Positions 13,563 through 28,700 of a stretch of DNA of 64,000 bases are shown piece by piece (the first letter of the stretch is position 1; each line of letters starts with the position of its first letter). Made by a program: the position numbers and the translations under genes. The notes beneath the pieces are model-generated. The model was not told where the DNA came from and made no database searches. It saw nothing but the letters and a program-made list of their open reading frames with translations. The stretch covers positions 9,982,001 to 10,046,000 of the forward strand of contig NW_026889782.1 of assembly GCF_033153115.1 (NCBI RefSeq). Reading direction: 5' to 3'. Source of the stretch: Saccostrea echinata. Its lineage: Eukaryota.

Positions 13563-15713
13563 AGAAAAAAAAGACAATTACATAACTTTCTATTGCAGCA
13601 TGGGAAAAGGTACCGTATAATATCCCGTCTTTTCTTTATACAATCTGTACTTTTGAATTTAGGAATATAATCTGACCAACCTCAAATTATAAAGGGGCAG
13701 ACTTTGAGAGACATTGAATGTCGTTAAAAATGCACTTGGTCTGTTGGAAAATTTCCAACCCCATTCTTAATTATTAACACCACAAAATAGGCTTCAATTT
13801 TATTCCTAACGATGATTTGGAAGGGAAGAAGAGGATTGGATGGGGGGTGGGGGTGGGGTGGGGGGAGTGGATGACGACCTTGAAGGCACTGCAAACCCTG
13901 TAGCAAAAGTACAGGACCTCGGGGAAATTCCAAGGATTATTATGTTATTTTCAGCATAAAATAAATTATACGTATATATATTTTTTTCAATCATTTTTTT
14001 TTTTGTATATTTATGCAAATACATAAACGGTTGTTAGGAAGCAAAATTCGAGGTAACAGCATATTCCTTATAACAAAGTTGTACTGTACATGTATTTGAA
14101 GAAACTACGATTTCTAGAGCTCAAGATTTTTAACACGACTATATTTGGGCGGGGGGGGGGGGGGCAGGAGCCTGTGTCAGACGCTCATATGTGATGTTTA
14201 ATCATTATACCGACTTATATCTTTAATTTTGCATTTACCGCAAATTTTAAATCTGTAACACATGATACAGAGCGAATTTTATTTATTTGACGTGAACTTA
14301 TAGGATGGCATAAAATGACCCCGACACGTAAAATTTCATTACTCAGGATCTGACAAATGAAAAAAAAAATATTTGTCACAAAATTACTAATACAATTTAT
14401 GACCCGTAAGAAAGATATCATTTCTACATCAGCAGTCATTTACATGCATACATAGTTCCTTACATTTATGTGTAAAATAAATGTTAAACAAGGCCAATTT
14501 ATATACTCTTAATCGCTTGATTATCTTTCTTAATAATAGACTTGTTGAATTTAAGGACCAAGGTCCTCATGTTTGAAACACTCACAGATCCGCACCAAAG
14601 AATCAGCAAAACGTGATCTTTTATAAAATATTTTGTTTTCAAATTAAAAAGGGAATATTTTGCATGATCAAAAAGCAGAAAAGATTTGAGGCTGATATCG
14701 AATATTTTTAAATTTTACCGAATTCCTTTGAATGTTGCAAATATATTGAACCTCAATGTATTTTATCTTATCTCCTGTCCTTTTTATATGAAGTACTTGT
14801 ACACATGAAGGCGGAGATTCTAGACTCTAAAATAAACAATTTCAAAAAATTATACATGTATGTGCCTTGAATATTAAATTTGAAAATTTAATTTCCTTTC
14901 ATTTTCTTTTCACAAGTTTTTGAGTACTCCACAAATATAATGTACATGCACATTTGTTTCAACTCAGATGTTCAAATCGGACACCCACCTAATAGAAATG
15001 ACTCACTGTGAATGAGACTATGATATAATCTTGTCAAGAGAATGGAAAAAAGGTTCCTTTTTCATATCGTTTCTACATCTGAAAGTCGTATAACCTTTTG
15101 TGGGATTTGATTGCTTACGTAATTATGCTTTGAGATTAAACATCTTATAAGACTTTGTGCAAACATAAAGCATGTACTGATTTGCTATTAAAAGAACCAA
15201 TCAGAAACCAGGGTTTTTCTTCCTTTATCCTTTATGACAAATTCTCTCCCTTGTTCAATTGTATTAGACCAAATACTCTCACCTATAGAAAGGTTACGCT
15301 TTTTATAAAGAATTTATTTGCTTAGTTTTTTCAAAAATGAGGATATGCAAAGATTTTTAAGAAGTGGGTTGTATTGATTTTCATAAACATTGCATAAGAA
15401 ATTTTGGCTACGATAAATAATTCGATAAACTTATTTCATCTCTCAGTCTTGACTTCATATATTTTTATATATATATAATACTCCGAAAGATAGAAAATAT
15501 TTTTTTTGAACAGATATTTTTGTTATGTATATGAAAGTTGCTTGGCACTATAGCTTGTTAGCTCATTTAGGTGCATGAGTTCTGTTTAAAAAAGTTTTAC
15601 TCTTAGTACTAGTACTAGTAATGCTCTAATAATAGTTATCTTTAATCATAACATCTATTGCGGGAACATTGCAAAAGGATTAATGCTCCATTTTTTCTTC
15701 ACAACATCAATTT

Positions 15714-15715
<2 letters not shown>

Positions 15716-15766
<51 letters not shown>
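15716..15766. repeat. (GA)n microsatellite
   Basis: About 25 units. Confidence 0.97.
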
Positions 15767-15771
<5 letters not shown>

Positions 15772-16115
15772 TCCCAACTGGATGAACTTTGTATAATCAA
15801 TGACTTTCATGCAGACATATTAATATGCTTAAGTGTATGCTCCCGTATGTATATATAATTGTTTATTAAACGTTTAGTTTGTGCCTCCTCAATGATAATG
15901 TCTGATGACCTTTTTTTGGCTTGTTAAGAAATTTTTGCTTGGTAGTGCAAACCTCACCTACCCCCAAAAACGAAAAACTCAGAATGTGTGCTCGGGCTCC
16001 CCCTCCCAAAAACTTAATTTTCCCTACAGACCTGCTTCGAATAGAGTGATAATTAAATAAATCATTCACAAAATTTATAGATATAGCATTTACTTTTCTA
16101 CGAAGACGACCATTG

Positions 16116-16232
16116 TGTCATATTGTAATTTTTGAATTTACCGGGTGGTAGTAAATACAAAAATTACAATATATCATGTTGTAATTTTTGTATTTACTAA
16201 CACCCAGTAAATTCAAAAATTACAACATGACA
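16116..16232. repeat. Nested palindrome (four inverted copies of a ~22-bp unit)
   Basis: TTGTAATTTTTG(A/T)ATTTAC alternates with its reverse complement. Confidence 0.85.
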
Positions 16233-17003
16233 ATTGACTCAATGTTAGTTGTATTTACTCATGTTTAATATTGTTACAATGTATCTTTTTTTTTTTCTTT
16301 TTTTTTTATACAAATATTCTTAATGGAGAAAAATATTGCAAAATGTATTTTGCAATATATTTATTTTTGCATAAAGGGTTGGAACTCAGCTTTTTATGAA
16401 AATATATTTTTATCTTCAGGTTTGTCTTGATCTTCTTTTAGTGATATAGATTTTTTTATTTTCTCCGGGAATTTTACCAAAAAGTATTTATATCAGTTTC
16501 ATGGAGAAGTGATATCGACCATGTATGTATATACATGTATATTTAAAAAAAAAATTAGCACATGTCGACAATTTAAAGCCGGCCTAAAGTACTTTAAGTC
16601 CTTTAAACTCTCTCCTTAAAATTAGGTTGGACTCAATAATAAGTGAATCTTTGTTCTGATATTTGTTCTGGATTTTGTTCTATTTTTTCTTTCATTCATT
16701 CTTTTTTGTCTGCGACCATGTGGATAAAATTTCTTTACGATTTTAGTTTGGTCTTTCAGTGAATCTTCGTATCTTTAGAAAACTGGTTTTTCATGCACGA
16801 GCGCCTGCAATTTGTAACGAGCGCAACAATTCCATAAGATATTCTTTTTCTTTATTTTTCAATAAATTAGTCAAGAAAATTTTTATTTTTGGAGGAGTGA
16901 AACGAGGGAGAAAATAAGTCATGTTTCTGACCTTTAAGCTAAAACACAATTACGGATTTAAATATCCTCCAATTTAATCTTCTAAAACCATAAATCATCA
17001 ACG

Positions 17004-17044
<41 letters not shown>

Positions 17045-17649
17045 GAAATACAAGCCTTTGTATGGGAAACGTGAAAAAACTGAAGAGATTATTCTTTTTT
17101 CCTGATTCATGCTTGTAAAATTTGATATCGTGTCTATAATATACACAACTGACAGAAAACACGGTTCTCTAGTTGGTCTCTTTGTGGTGTTGAAAGGCAT
17201 TCATATTCGCCGTTTCACAGCGAATTCTTCTGCCTTTTTTTTTGGTACATATTATAGGTGGGTGTTGGATTTTTGTTCGATATACGGCCTGGTCCCAGCG
17301 TGTTGAAAATACATTACACATGTATATATGATACCATAAATTTAATATGCAAAACCATAATTCAAAAGTTCAAAGAGCAACACGGTAAATTTCACATGCA
17401 TAGAAAATACAACATTGCAAAAATTTGTCTAAGTTAATCAAAAAAATGTTGACATTAAAACTTGACATTCATTCTCAACAATGTTGGTCAAAATGCTCCC
17501 CCGGGTTGGCGTAAAAAATATGTTGGTCTTAAAGATACTACAATGAATAGATAATTATACATGCATGGTATCTGTATGTTTTATATTTATAATATTTATT
17601 AATAAAGGTGTATTAACCAAGAAACATTTACTTCACACAACTGTACATG

Positions 17650-17811
17650 NNNNNNNNNNNNNNNNNNNNNNNNNNNNNNNNNNNNNNNNNNNNNNNNNNN
17701 NNNNNNNNNNNNNNNNNNNNNNNNNNNNNNNNNNNNNNNNNNNNNNNNNNNNNNNNNNNNNNNNNNNNNNNNNNNNNNNNNNNNNNNNNNNNNNNNNNNN
17801 NNNNNNNNNNN
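17650..17811. other. Assembly gap (162 N)
   Basis: Run of N. Confidence 1.
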
Positions 17812-20800
17812 TTTGAAATTCGAGAAGAACTTAATGAATTAGATTTAAATAATACACTAAATTTAGGAAATGATTCTCAAATTAAAGAAAGTAATATAGA
17901 GAAGGCTAAATGAGGAGCCCTTTGCTAGCAAGCTATACAATTAATTTATACAATTAGGCTTAACATTTTTTTTTAAAAAATGGGTTTTACGTGTATATCG
18001 ATGATTTTCGTAATCAAGGACATTGTGAATAATTTCTTTACTACCACCTCCCCCTCCCCCCCCCCCCATAAACGTTTAAGAACATCGAGTTTCCGAGAAT
18101 CTTAAAAATGGATGTAACATCGTCGATATTGATTTTTTTTTCATAATAATTGGATTTCTAAACAATGTTTTTGTCTCCCTGCCCTGGCCTACACTTTTCG
18201 CTAAAGGCAAAAGGAAAAAAAAATCATCCGGAATATCTACTGCTTGAAAGAAATTTTGCTTACAAAACTTGCAACGGATAATATCTCATGTTTGGGCTTC
18301 GAGAAAGGGCTAGATATAACGGTTTTAAAACTTAGAATAGAAGACATGATTTCCATTTTCCCTCTGAATGCATGGCCCTTTAAGATTAGATTTTTTTTTT
18401 AAATTAAGGAAAGAAGTCGTTTATTTAAATATTTACAAGCACCTGAAATTATTCATATAAAGAGGTGTTAATTGTTTGCTTACGGGTTTAAAACACACAA
18501 TCCGATTACTTTTTCTACAATACAGATGATAAGTGAATACATTTAATTATTTCACAACATGATTTAAAGCTGATTTAGGCCTCCTTAGCTTTCGCCCGCT
18601 GTGTTAATTACTTCAATGAATTGAATAATTATTTGAAAAACAGATAAATGTTTCTTTAGAAAATTCAGAAATTAAAAATCAAGATACTTAGATACACAAT
18701 TTCGACAACCTCGTCCTAATTCCGCTATAGATAAGAATAAAATTCAATATGTTAATTGCTTTCTAGGAGCATCGAAAAAAAAAATGGCTAATTCCTACAT
18801 GTATATCCTGGGGTAATCTTGCACGGGGATAAGAACGGAATTACCTGATACACCTGTAAAAGGGTAATAACATGTTTTTTAACAATCAACAAAGGTGATC
18901 AACTAAAACATGTGTAACTCAAGGACTTATCGATTGATTAGTATATTTACCGTAGACCCGGGTTCTACGTAGAAAAGAACATTCTATGTTTTTCCCCCAC
19001 ACCATTAAGAAAAAAAAAACTAAAAAAAAAAAAAATAAATAAATTGAAATACCACTAGCCAGAATCTAAAAATAAAAACGAATTAAAAAGAGATTGTATA
19101 TATATAAATGCTATAGGAATGGTTTAAATCTATCAATTCTGATTTTATCTCCATCAGAATAGATTGGGACAGTGTATATTTGCGGAAATTAGTTTCGATG
19201 AATTAAATGGAATTTATGACTTAGTGAAAACATATCGTGTATCGGATTGACCTTATACATGTATATAAGGTATGTAACAAAAAGAGAGATTAAATTTGAA
19301 TAGTGTTTGGAAATTGTTATTATTTTTTGTGATTATATCGTTATTGATACTAATTTAAAATGTTCATAAGAATGCCTACAGATTTTATTTTTTAAGGCAT
19401 TCTAGAGTTTGTTTTCAATGTCAGAAGAATCGTTTTTTATTTTAAAAGCATAATTAGATTTGTTTTTAGTAAAGGAAGAAGCCGATATATCACGATATTA
19501 CATGCAGTTATATAGGGTATTCTTTAATGAGTTTTGTCATTGTTGACTTTGGAAGCTGTGCTTACTCTTTACGTTAGTCAAATTGAATGTAGTCCTGTGT
19601 TTATTCCGTTAAGATTTGTACTGGCAGATAGAATGAAAAATAAACTCGGTGAAAATCTGATTTTATGATTGGAGTTGCTGCCCTTGATGGACGTTAAACA
19701 CGAATGTCAATATCAATGCATTGTTAGTGAAATAAAAAGAATAGGACTTTTTGTATCATATTGGATAAGAAGGGTGTTCTGTTGATACCGGCCGTTATAC
19801 GTGTATATCAGAGTGAAAAAATGCATGTAAATTTAGTTATGCAGAGAACGATGGTTGTATATGTAAGGGAAAAAAGACAAACCAGAAAAATCATTTTCTA
19901 AGAGATTAATTGTTTCTGTGGGGTTGTGTGTGGATTTAAACCATTGAATTATTAGAATTTCGAGGATCATTTTTGCATAAAAGCTTGTGTATCTTTAAAT
20001 TTTATCTACATGTATTTGTTTTATAAATAAGAATAATAAAATAAAAAAAAACGTAATAACTAAAATTACTTGTGTTTTTTTTTAAAATTAGAATTATGTA
20101 TTTTTTGAAATTTTTTTCTGAGAATATCAATACTCCGATAAATATACAAAATCCCGTGAAGTTGGATGTAAGACATCGTTAAGAAGTGGTAATGATCTTC
20201 CGTAATATATCATTGTACCATTTGTGACCACCGGCGATTTTTTTACTCAATTTTGAAAACTTTGTGTGATTGTGTTTCTTGCCGAAAAAAAAAAACCGTT
20301 GAAATTTCTCGATTTTTTTTCCATGATCTTGTGAAGAAGTATACAAAAATATATTCACCGCCCGCTCATTTTTGGACACGTTCAAACCAAACAGAGGTCC
20401 CATTTTTTCTACAGAAATAATATTTTTATGTTGTAATAAAAATCATTGACGTTAAGAGTGCTCATGAACCGAAAATGTCACTTCTATCAATTTGTCATAA
20501 AAATGCAATATTATTCTTAATTTGTTGAATTCATACGTATTAACATAGTTATACAACATAACAATACAGAAAAAAAATGATATTGTATAAAGTAGATGAT
20601 GAATTTATACATACATTATGGTCAGAATGCAATTAAAGATTATGGATTACCGACAATTTAGAAAAAAGCTTATTCCTAGCTTATTGATGTGATATTATTA
20701 GTATTTTTTGTACTTGGAATAAAATCCCTTATGGTTTCTTTAAAAAGAAGTATCAAAAGATAGTAGACCTCATTATCTTCATAAACCTATTTGTTAATTT

Positions 20801-22457
20801 TACCTTCTATAATATAGCCTAAATGATTGTTTTTTAAGAGGCCATAAGTGCGTCCATAACACCTATTTATCTATCAAGTTCAAACTTTTTTTCAGGTTAA
20901 ACTGAATAGAGACATTGACGATAAAATACTATATAAACCATCAATGCATAAGAGTACATCGATATTATGTATATGTTAATTATATCGACCTTTCAAAAAA
21001 GATAATTCCATATTTATTCCGAGGTGATTACATCTGTAATGTAACAGTAATCTGTATAAAAAATGCTGAATAGATAAAGATCAGGAAATAGAGATAAGAT
21101 ATAAAAGGAATTCATAACCCGGAACAGCAAGCCATTTAAATCCAACAAGTCGTTAAGTTGGCACATAATTTACGTGTATATACATGTGCACGTACTTAAT
21201 GTACTTAAATTAAAAGATTTTACAATTGTATTCAGGAAAACGACCCCCCCCCCCCCTGATGTTTACTGAAAGACCCTACATGATTTTTTTTTTAAATTTG
21301 ATTTGCAAGACAACCAAACATTATTTAGGCTTTAATACATGTATATTAATATATCACTAATCTATTAATTAAGGTAGTCAATAGAATATCATTTTTATAT
21401 TCTAAACAAAAGAAAACTTATTCCTTTTGCAATAATTCTGAATTTTCTCTTGTGCCGTCATGTAATTTTCTTCAATTACTACCAGTGAAAAGCCTTTTAA
21501 AACATTCTTACTTACATTATGCAGGTAAAAAAAACCCCCAACTCTTTCCTACAAGTGTACATGTAGTTTGCACAGGAAGCAACTGACATGAAAAAAAAAA
21601 TGTAAGAGTTTACAAGTTAAAATATACGGATATAATTAACCAGTCTTTTTTCCCCCTTACATTCCATTCCTATACTAGATGGAATATTGATTTCAGTTAA
21701 ATCTGATTTTGGAAATTGAATCCAAATTGGTAAGAGCAAAGTCATTTAGAATTTTTTATCTAAAAAAAGTAGTTTTAAAAAATATTTATAAATATTTTTG
21801 CACTGCACTTATATCTTTTATGTTATATGATATTTTTCTCATTTTATCGTTTGAAAGTGTTATCTGATTTCATGTATGAAATATATCGTTTGAGTCGGTG
21901 AGACATCTAAAAATTCAAGTCATAAAAAGGAGATCCTTGATATTAATAATTAATTCAATCCTGCTTTAAATTTATGCGTATTGATACAGAAAGGAGTTTT
22001 TGATTATGAAAATGATTTCTGGAAGCTCAAAGTTCCACTTTTGTTTACAATTATCTTCCGCTTACGTTGTCTGGGTTTGAACTGATGTTGACGTAATATT
22101 TTGGATGCACTTTACAGGAGGCTTAAAATAATTAAGACGGAAAATGAAAAAAAAAAAACAGTTTTATATAAGACATGTATCATATATATATTTTTTTCAG
22201 ATGAAGTCTTGTCTGGTTCCAATTTCATTGTCCGTATTAGTCGTGTAGATGATAGTGTGCGCATAACCGGAAGTAGTACGTTTCGCTGGACGGAAGTACA
22301 AGACAGCAGCAATTTACTACTTCAGCGGTTGTCCAATAACAAACCCTGCCTCAATATACAACGTTACCTCCCTGAAAAGACGAAAAATTCTACGAAACAT
22401 GAACTAAGATCAGTGGTCAGTTACACAGGGGATCTGAATTCCAACAAAACAAAAATA

Positions 22458-22738
22458 ATGGAACCGAACACCGAACCCGAGGTAAAAACGGGCCAAGATA
22501 ACTTGGGATATTCATCAGAGGATGAAGTGCACAAACCAAACACGGTACCCGATGACATCACAGTTAATATCGATGTCGATGATAAGGATATGACGTCAAA
22601 AACACATTCCATTACACAAGAACCCAAACTGCAATATGACGATTCTACAGAAATTCAGATTTCATTGGACGACGAAAAACGGAATGGTAATTACAATACC
22701 GAAAAAGAGCCAGAACGCAAGAAAAGTATAGCGGTCCA
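22458..22738 (+). CDS. NOX5: NOX5 exon: acidic N-terminal extension ([10 protein letters not shown]...KKSIAVQ)
   Basis: Lies in ORF 22101-22742. Donor CA|GTGAGT at 22739 (phase 2) joins in frame to the exon at 31177. The acceptor at 22199-22200 suggests the exon actually starts at 22201. Confidence 0.7.
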
Positions 22739-25700
22739 GTGAGTATATTTTGATGCACTCTGATCTTGAATAGTGGTTATATACTAGTCCGTTCAGACGG
22801 TTCTAATCTCAAAGATATAATTTCATGAAACTGGTGTTAAAATATGTATAACACTTCTTTAAAATTAAGCAAAATAGTGCTTAAAAAGATGTCTAGAACA
22901 TTCAGTACAAACTGAAATATTAACACATAAAGAAAAAAAGGATCGTGTACTCTATACATGTATATGTGTTATTTTCGATATGTTACACTTTCAATCTCAC
23001 CTCGTTCAAAATTTGAATTACAAGAAGGATAACTCAGTCTGTTGAATTTTTTCACTGAGGACAAAAGGAGCGAAAATAAAGCGCACGCGAAACTTTCTTT
23101 GTATACAATATACATCTCCTCGCATATTGGTTTCTTTTTCATGATAGTCTTAATATATAAGAATATTAACATTAACTTGGTGTCTTTTTTACATTGTACA
23201 ATATTCATGCATCTGTAATATACATCTAATTGTTAAAGGACCCCCTTTTATGATTTCTTCGGTTCCTATCATGACGTGAGGTAAGAGGTACACAATTAAT
23301 CCTTTCCCAAATATTTTTTTGGTACAAGGTTCTTATAGATAATGTATTACCTTGATTTTAGTGAATAAAGTGTATTAACGTCCACTGAGTAATTTCTCCT
23401 TTATTTATTGTTGAAACCACTTCCCTTAATCAACCCATTAACTCTAACTAGTTAGAACCTGTTATCCAAAAGATTTCCTAAGAAAAGGGCTCTTCCATCA
23501 ATCAGACATAGCATGGTGTACAGATCAATTATACAATATACATCGAAACCTAATCTATACAATTATTTACACAGACATGAATGAAAACAATAAACCTATT
23601 TCTTTCTTTGTTAATTATGTGGGATTAACGGTTGCAACTATTGCAGAAAAAATACTTAAGCCGCTTACGTACGTAGGTTGTGATTTTTTCCCAATAGTTT
23701 CAATAGGGTTAATTTCCGCATTACAAACGAAGATTAAGTATCCACCTATGGAACGCCGCAGCTGCCTTATGTGGAGAACATTCATTATATGCTGATACTT
23801 TAACATTATATGCTGATAGTTTGTCATTATATGCTGATACTTCAACGTTATATGCTAATACTTCAACATTATATGCTGATACCTTAACATTATATGCTGA
23901 TACTTTAACATTATATTCTGATACTTTAACATTATATGCTGATACTTCAACATTATATGCTGATACTTTGTCATAATATGCTGATACTTTGTCATTATAT
24001 GCTGATACTTTAACATTATATGCTGATACTTTAACATTATATGCTGATACTTTGTCATTATATGCTGATAGTTTGTCATTATATGCTGATACTTTAACAT
24101 TATATGCTGATACTTCAACATTATATGCTGATACTTCAACATTATATGCCGATAATTTGTCATTATATGCTGATACTTTAACATTATATTCTGATACTTC
24201 AACATTATATGCTGATACTTCACTATATGGTGCTTTAAAAAATAGGTTAAACATCGGGATCTTCATACTAAAATTCTTTGACAAGAGAAAAAATCCAAAA
24301 AAAATTGTTTTCAATTGCAAAGTTTTAGTATATATATACACGTACATGTATTGGTTTATATACATGTACATGTATTGGCAAATTGATGGGACGAAAAGGG
24401 ATAGGATACACGTGTAAGCAGTCTTGAATATACTGGCGTATTTGGGAAGGGGTAGAGAGTACATATATAATATTAAGAGTGAACTAAACGAAGATAGCCT
24501 TGCAAAAAACGCGTGTACTGCACGAAAATTTAAGATATTTTGGAAGTTCAGAAACTCTTCATGGTATTAAAACTTCGCTTTTTTTAAACATCAATGATAT
24601 TACAGGACATCAAAGCAGAATATAATTTATAGGGGACAAACATTTGATTCGTTTGGGGAGGGGGTGCAATTTTTTTTTCGAGTCAGATTATTTATTTTCA
24701 TGTCACTTCGTGAATGATAGATTATTCATTTTCTAGATGACCAGGTACAGATTATTTATTTTCACACAAAACAAAAAAGTCTAACCAAACTCGAAAACTC
24801 CATTTCTTTGGGGAGAGGGGTGGGGCTACCTCCACGCCAAAGTCATCCTAGTACAGATGATTAATTCACATAATATGATACCCCCCCCCCCCTCCCATGC
24901 GTATTGCATGGTCGTTCCGGCCTCAGAACCACTCGTCAGCACTTAAGTTTTTGATAGGTCTTTTATATGTAATTTTCAAATCGGTAGGACGGGGGTTGTT
25001 GTTCAGGGATTTCATTGTTATGACATCGACATAGTAATTTAGGCTACTAATGACTCAAAAGCTTTTCCAGAATCTAGCTGCCATTGCATTTTAACTGGAC
25101 TATTTAAGCTGGTCTATACATCCAATGCCATGCATGCGATCATTCTGGAAAACTGTAAAATCACCGAAACTGAGATTATGAAGTTAGTTTGAACTTTGTG
25201 AATATTGACGGAGTTGTAATCTTCCCAACACCCCACCCCTCCCCCTTCCAAAAAAATTAAAAATTATAAACTCAAAAATAATATTTTTAACATCCAAACA
25301 ACTAATATGATATTTCACTAAAAATTCTTCAATTTCAATTAAATTATACCTCATGCAGTATAAATTCATCTATAAGAAATCATATTAAAATACATGTATT
25401 TACTAGTATTTATATTTTTTGCAATAATACATATAATCATGTAACTTGTAAGCCAGTAAACACATTCCAGAGGGGTATACAGGATTTCAAGATGTGGGGG
25501 GTGTTTGTTTGATTATTGTTTAACGTCCTTCTCGAGAATTTTTCACTCAGATTGAGACGCCACCACTTGCCAGTGGAGAGCTGCAAATTTTTTACCTATA
25601 CTCGGCACTCAGGGCCATTGAGCAGCGAGGGATCTTTTTCGTGCCAACACCTACTGCGACACGGGGCCTCGGTTTATACGGTCTCATCCGAAGGACCGGT

Positions 25701-28700
25701 CTCCACGTCCCACAGTGGGATTCGAACCCGCGACGTAAGGACCAACTCCTTACTTCGCGATTCTAGAGCAGACGCTCTAACCACTGCGCCACGTGGGCGA
25801 CGGGGGGGGGGGGGGTGATATTAATGACAAAATGACAACATAAACTCAAAATACTACTAGTAAAAATGAGTATATAGGAGCAAAGATTTTCTCAAGATTC
25901 AGGTTTTCTCTATTGAATATCAAGAACATAAATGTTTTCTAAAACTTTTCTTTCTTTCAACCTCTTACTTTTTTTTTCTTCATTTTTTTTTAAAGACGTA
26001 CATATACCACATATATATAAGTGTGGTACGTCTTTTTTAAACGTGGGTTTTCTTGACTGAAAGTGTTAGAATCTAAGTGTATTTAAAGTAGATTCAAAAT
26101 TTTTTATTAACAACCCGAAAGATAAGCCCCCATGATTACACATACATATTTTGAGATACAACGTTAGTTTTCCTTGAAATGATGAATGTGAACAACAATC
26201 AAAATGTCAATATCCACTTGAACCTTTAAAATCCGACCAAAGAGACCTTATTAGCTGAGAAAAGGCGAGCATACGTCGAACAACCTGCAATAACCATTTT
26301 AATAAAAACTTAATATTCTCACACATTCTGTTAAAACATGCGTTTTGGACGATTTTCGTATCACGATCCCGATGTTTTACCTATTTTTAAAGCACCATAT
26401 AGTGAAGTATCATCATATAATGTTAAAGTATCAGCATATAATGTTGAAGTATCAGCATATAATGTTAAAGTATCAGCATATAATGTTGAAGTATCAGCAT
26501 ATAATGACAAACTATCAGCATATAATGTTGAAGTATCAGCATATAATGTTATAGTATCAGCATATAATGACAAAGTATCAACATATAATGACAAACTATC
26601 AGCATATAATGTTAGAGTATCAGCATATAATGTTAAAGTATCAGCATATAATGTTGAAGTAACAGCATATAATGACAAACTATCAGCATATAATGACAAA
26701 CTATCAGCATATAATGTTAAAGTATCAGCATATAATGAATGTTCTCCACATAAGGCAGCTGAGGCGTTCCATATCCACCCCTTTCCCAAAATATATACTA
26801 TATACTGCAAAGGCCATTCCAAGGACATGCTTTTAAACTACTTGGGAAAGGGGGTTCTCAGAATAGGACAACGCTGTCAAATGAAGATGGAACTGTTAAA
26901 AACATGAGAGTTGTGAATGATAAGCTGTGTTTAAAGCATTGCATAAAATCTCATTATGTCCTCAATACGTGATCATAACAGGTGCAGCAGAACATAGCAG
27001 GCCCGTAGAACGCGGGGAGGGAGGCGCCCCCCCCCCCCCCATTTTTTCTGAGGGTAGTATTCTGCTGTATTAAATGTTCTTTAAGATGCTGGTTGCCCCC
27101 TCCCTTCAACCATTTTTGTTGCTGTTAGGTCGAGCAGTGGCAAATTCCAGGATCTGGACACTTCATTACTTAATTTAGGTGCCCCTTTTGAAACCGTTGC
27201 TACAGGTCTGCATAGGACATATTTCATGCTGATAGTTTTGACTTTGTTGATGAAAAACAACGAGATGGTGTAAACGTAACTATTTGATCATAGGAAACAA
27301 TGTTTTTCAGCCACTCTTTAAAATTAAGCCGATTTTCCTCTGCTAACGTTAACGCTTGTTTTGGTGTGAAAACTGATATATTTAGATATTGATATACAAG
27401 TTAATACATGAACTTTATTTTTTTCGAAACGCATCAAATATATAATTTAAGATCTTATGTACCTTGGAATGACCTTCAACCACTACTAAAATGTCACTGA
27501 CCTCCTAAACCCATTGACCCCAAACCCCCTCCCTCACTGTAAATGAATCAAATTACATATTTGAAAACATTAGTATATATGGTAAATGCGTTCTTTCAAC
27601 TGAATGGAGGTAATATTACGTACAAATACCTGAAAAAGGGACTCTGTATATTGAAAAAACAAATATATTGAAAAACGTATAAAGAGAAATTTGGAAACAA
27701 CGACTTTCTCATATAAGGAGTAAATCACTTAAATTGCGCCTATTGTATAAATACATTCATTGTTCTTTGTTTTTTTTTCTTATTATGAATTGTATTGCTT
27801 GACCCATATGGGTGTATTATACAATAAAGAATTATTATTATAAGGATCAACCAAGCTATTTCTTGCATAAACAGAATGATTGTAACTGATGGAAAAAAAA
27901 AATCCGTGATTAATATAAATTATGCAACCCATTAGAAGGATCACCCGCTATATTTTATGGTCATCATCAAATCATTGTCGTTGAAAAAAAAAATGATTCA
28001 ATGTGTATCTTTTTGCAGGATATGTAAGGTAAATAAAAGTAATACCCTAAATACATTATATGCATGTACGTGTATTGTAGTGTTTTCTATCATGTGTTTG
28101 TATAGGAGTACATGTTTATGCTAAAACAGGAAAAGCATTTCATTGTTACAAGCAACATTGTTGTATACATGTATATGACAGACCTTTTAAAATCATGTAA
28201 AATTTAAATAAATATTTAAAAATCTTAAAAATAATGCTGAAATTGAAATTTCATTGTTTTAAACAGGTATATACCACAGGTACTTGTGGACAGCCCCCCC
28301 CCCCCCCCCAATTCAACCCCGACGTTTGATAAAAATAAATTATATTTATTACACTTATTCATCATGTGTGCCATAGGAAAAAATCGTGAAAACCCCAAAA
28401 TAATCGTTCCACACAAAATACCCCACTATATATTCTCTCTTATAATGTATAGTGGAGTATTTTTGTGTGGAACGATTATTATGGGGTTTTTACGATTTTT
28501 TCCTGTGGTACACATGGTGACTAAGTGAATAAATATAATTTGTGAAAAAAAAATGTCCAACAATCATCGGGGATGAATGGGGAGGGGGGTCCTATCCACA
28601 AGTACCTGCGGTATATACATATGTTTTCAAACAATATGAAGACTGAGCATTTAAGAAAATGTTTTTCACTCAATGTACATGTATATTGAATTCCATGTTC

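Noticed and set aside
17565-17913. ORFs spanning the N run
   Set aside because: Artefacts of the assembly gap.
23780-24220. CRISPR-like appearance of regular repeats
   Set aside because: Head-to-tail tandem units with no unique spacers, no cas genes, eukaryotic context.
23615-26907. Long repetitive ORFs (VSAYNVK, MLKYQHI, LYADTLT)
   Set aside because: They are by-products of a 21-bp minisatellite that is open in several overlapping frames; intronic, with no splice or domain support.
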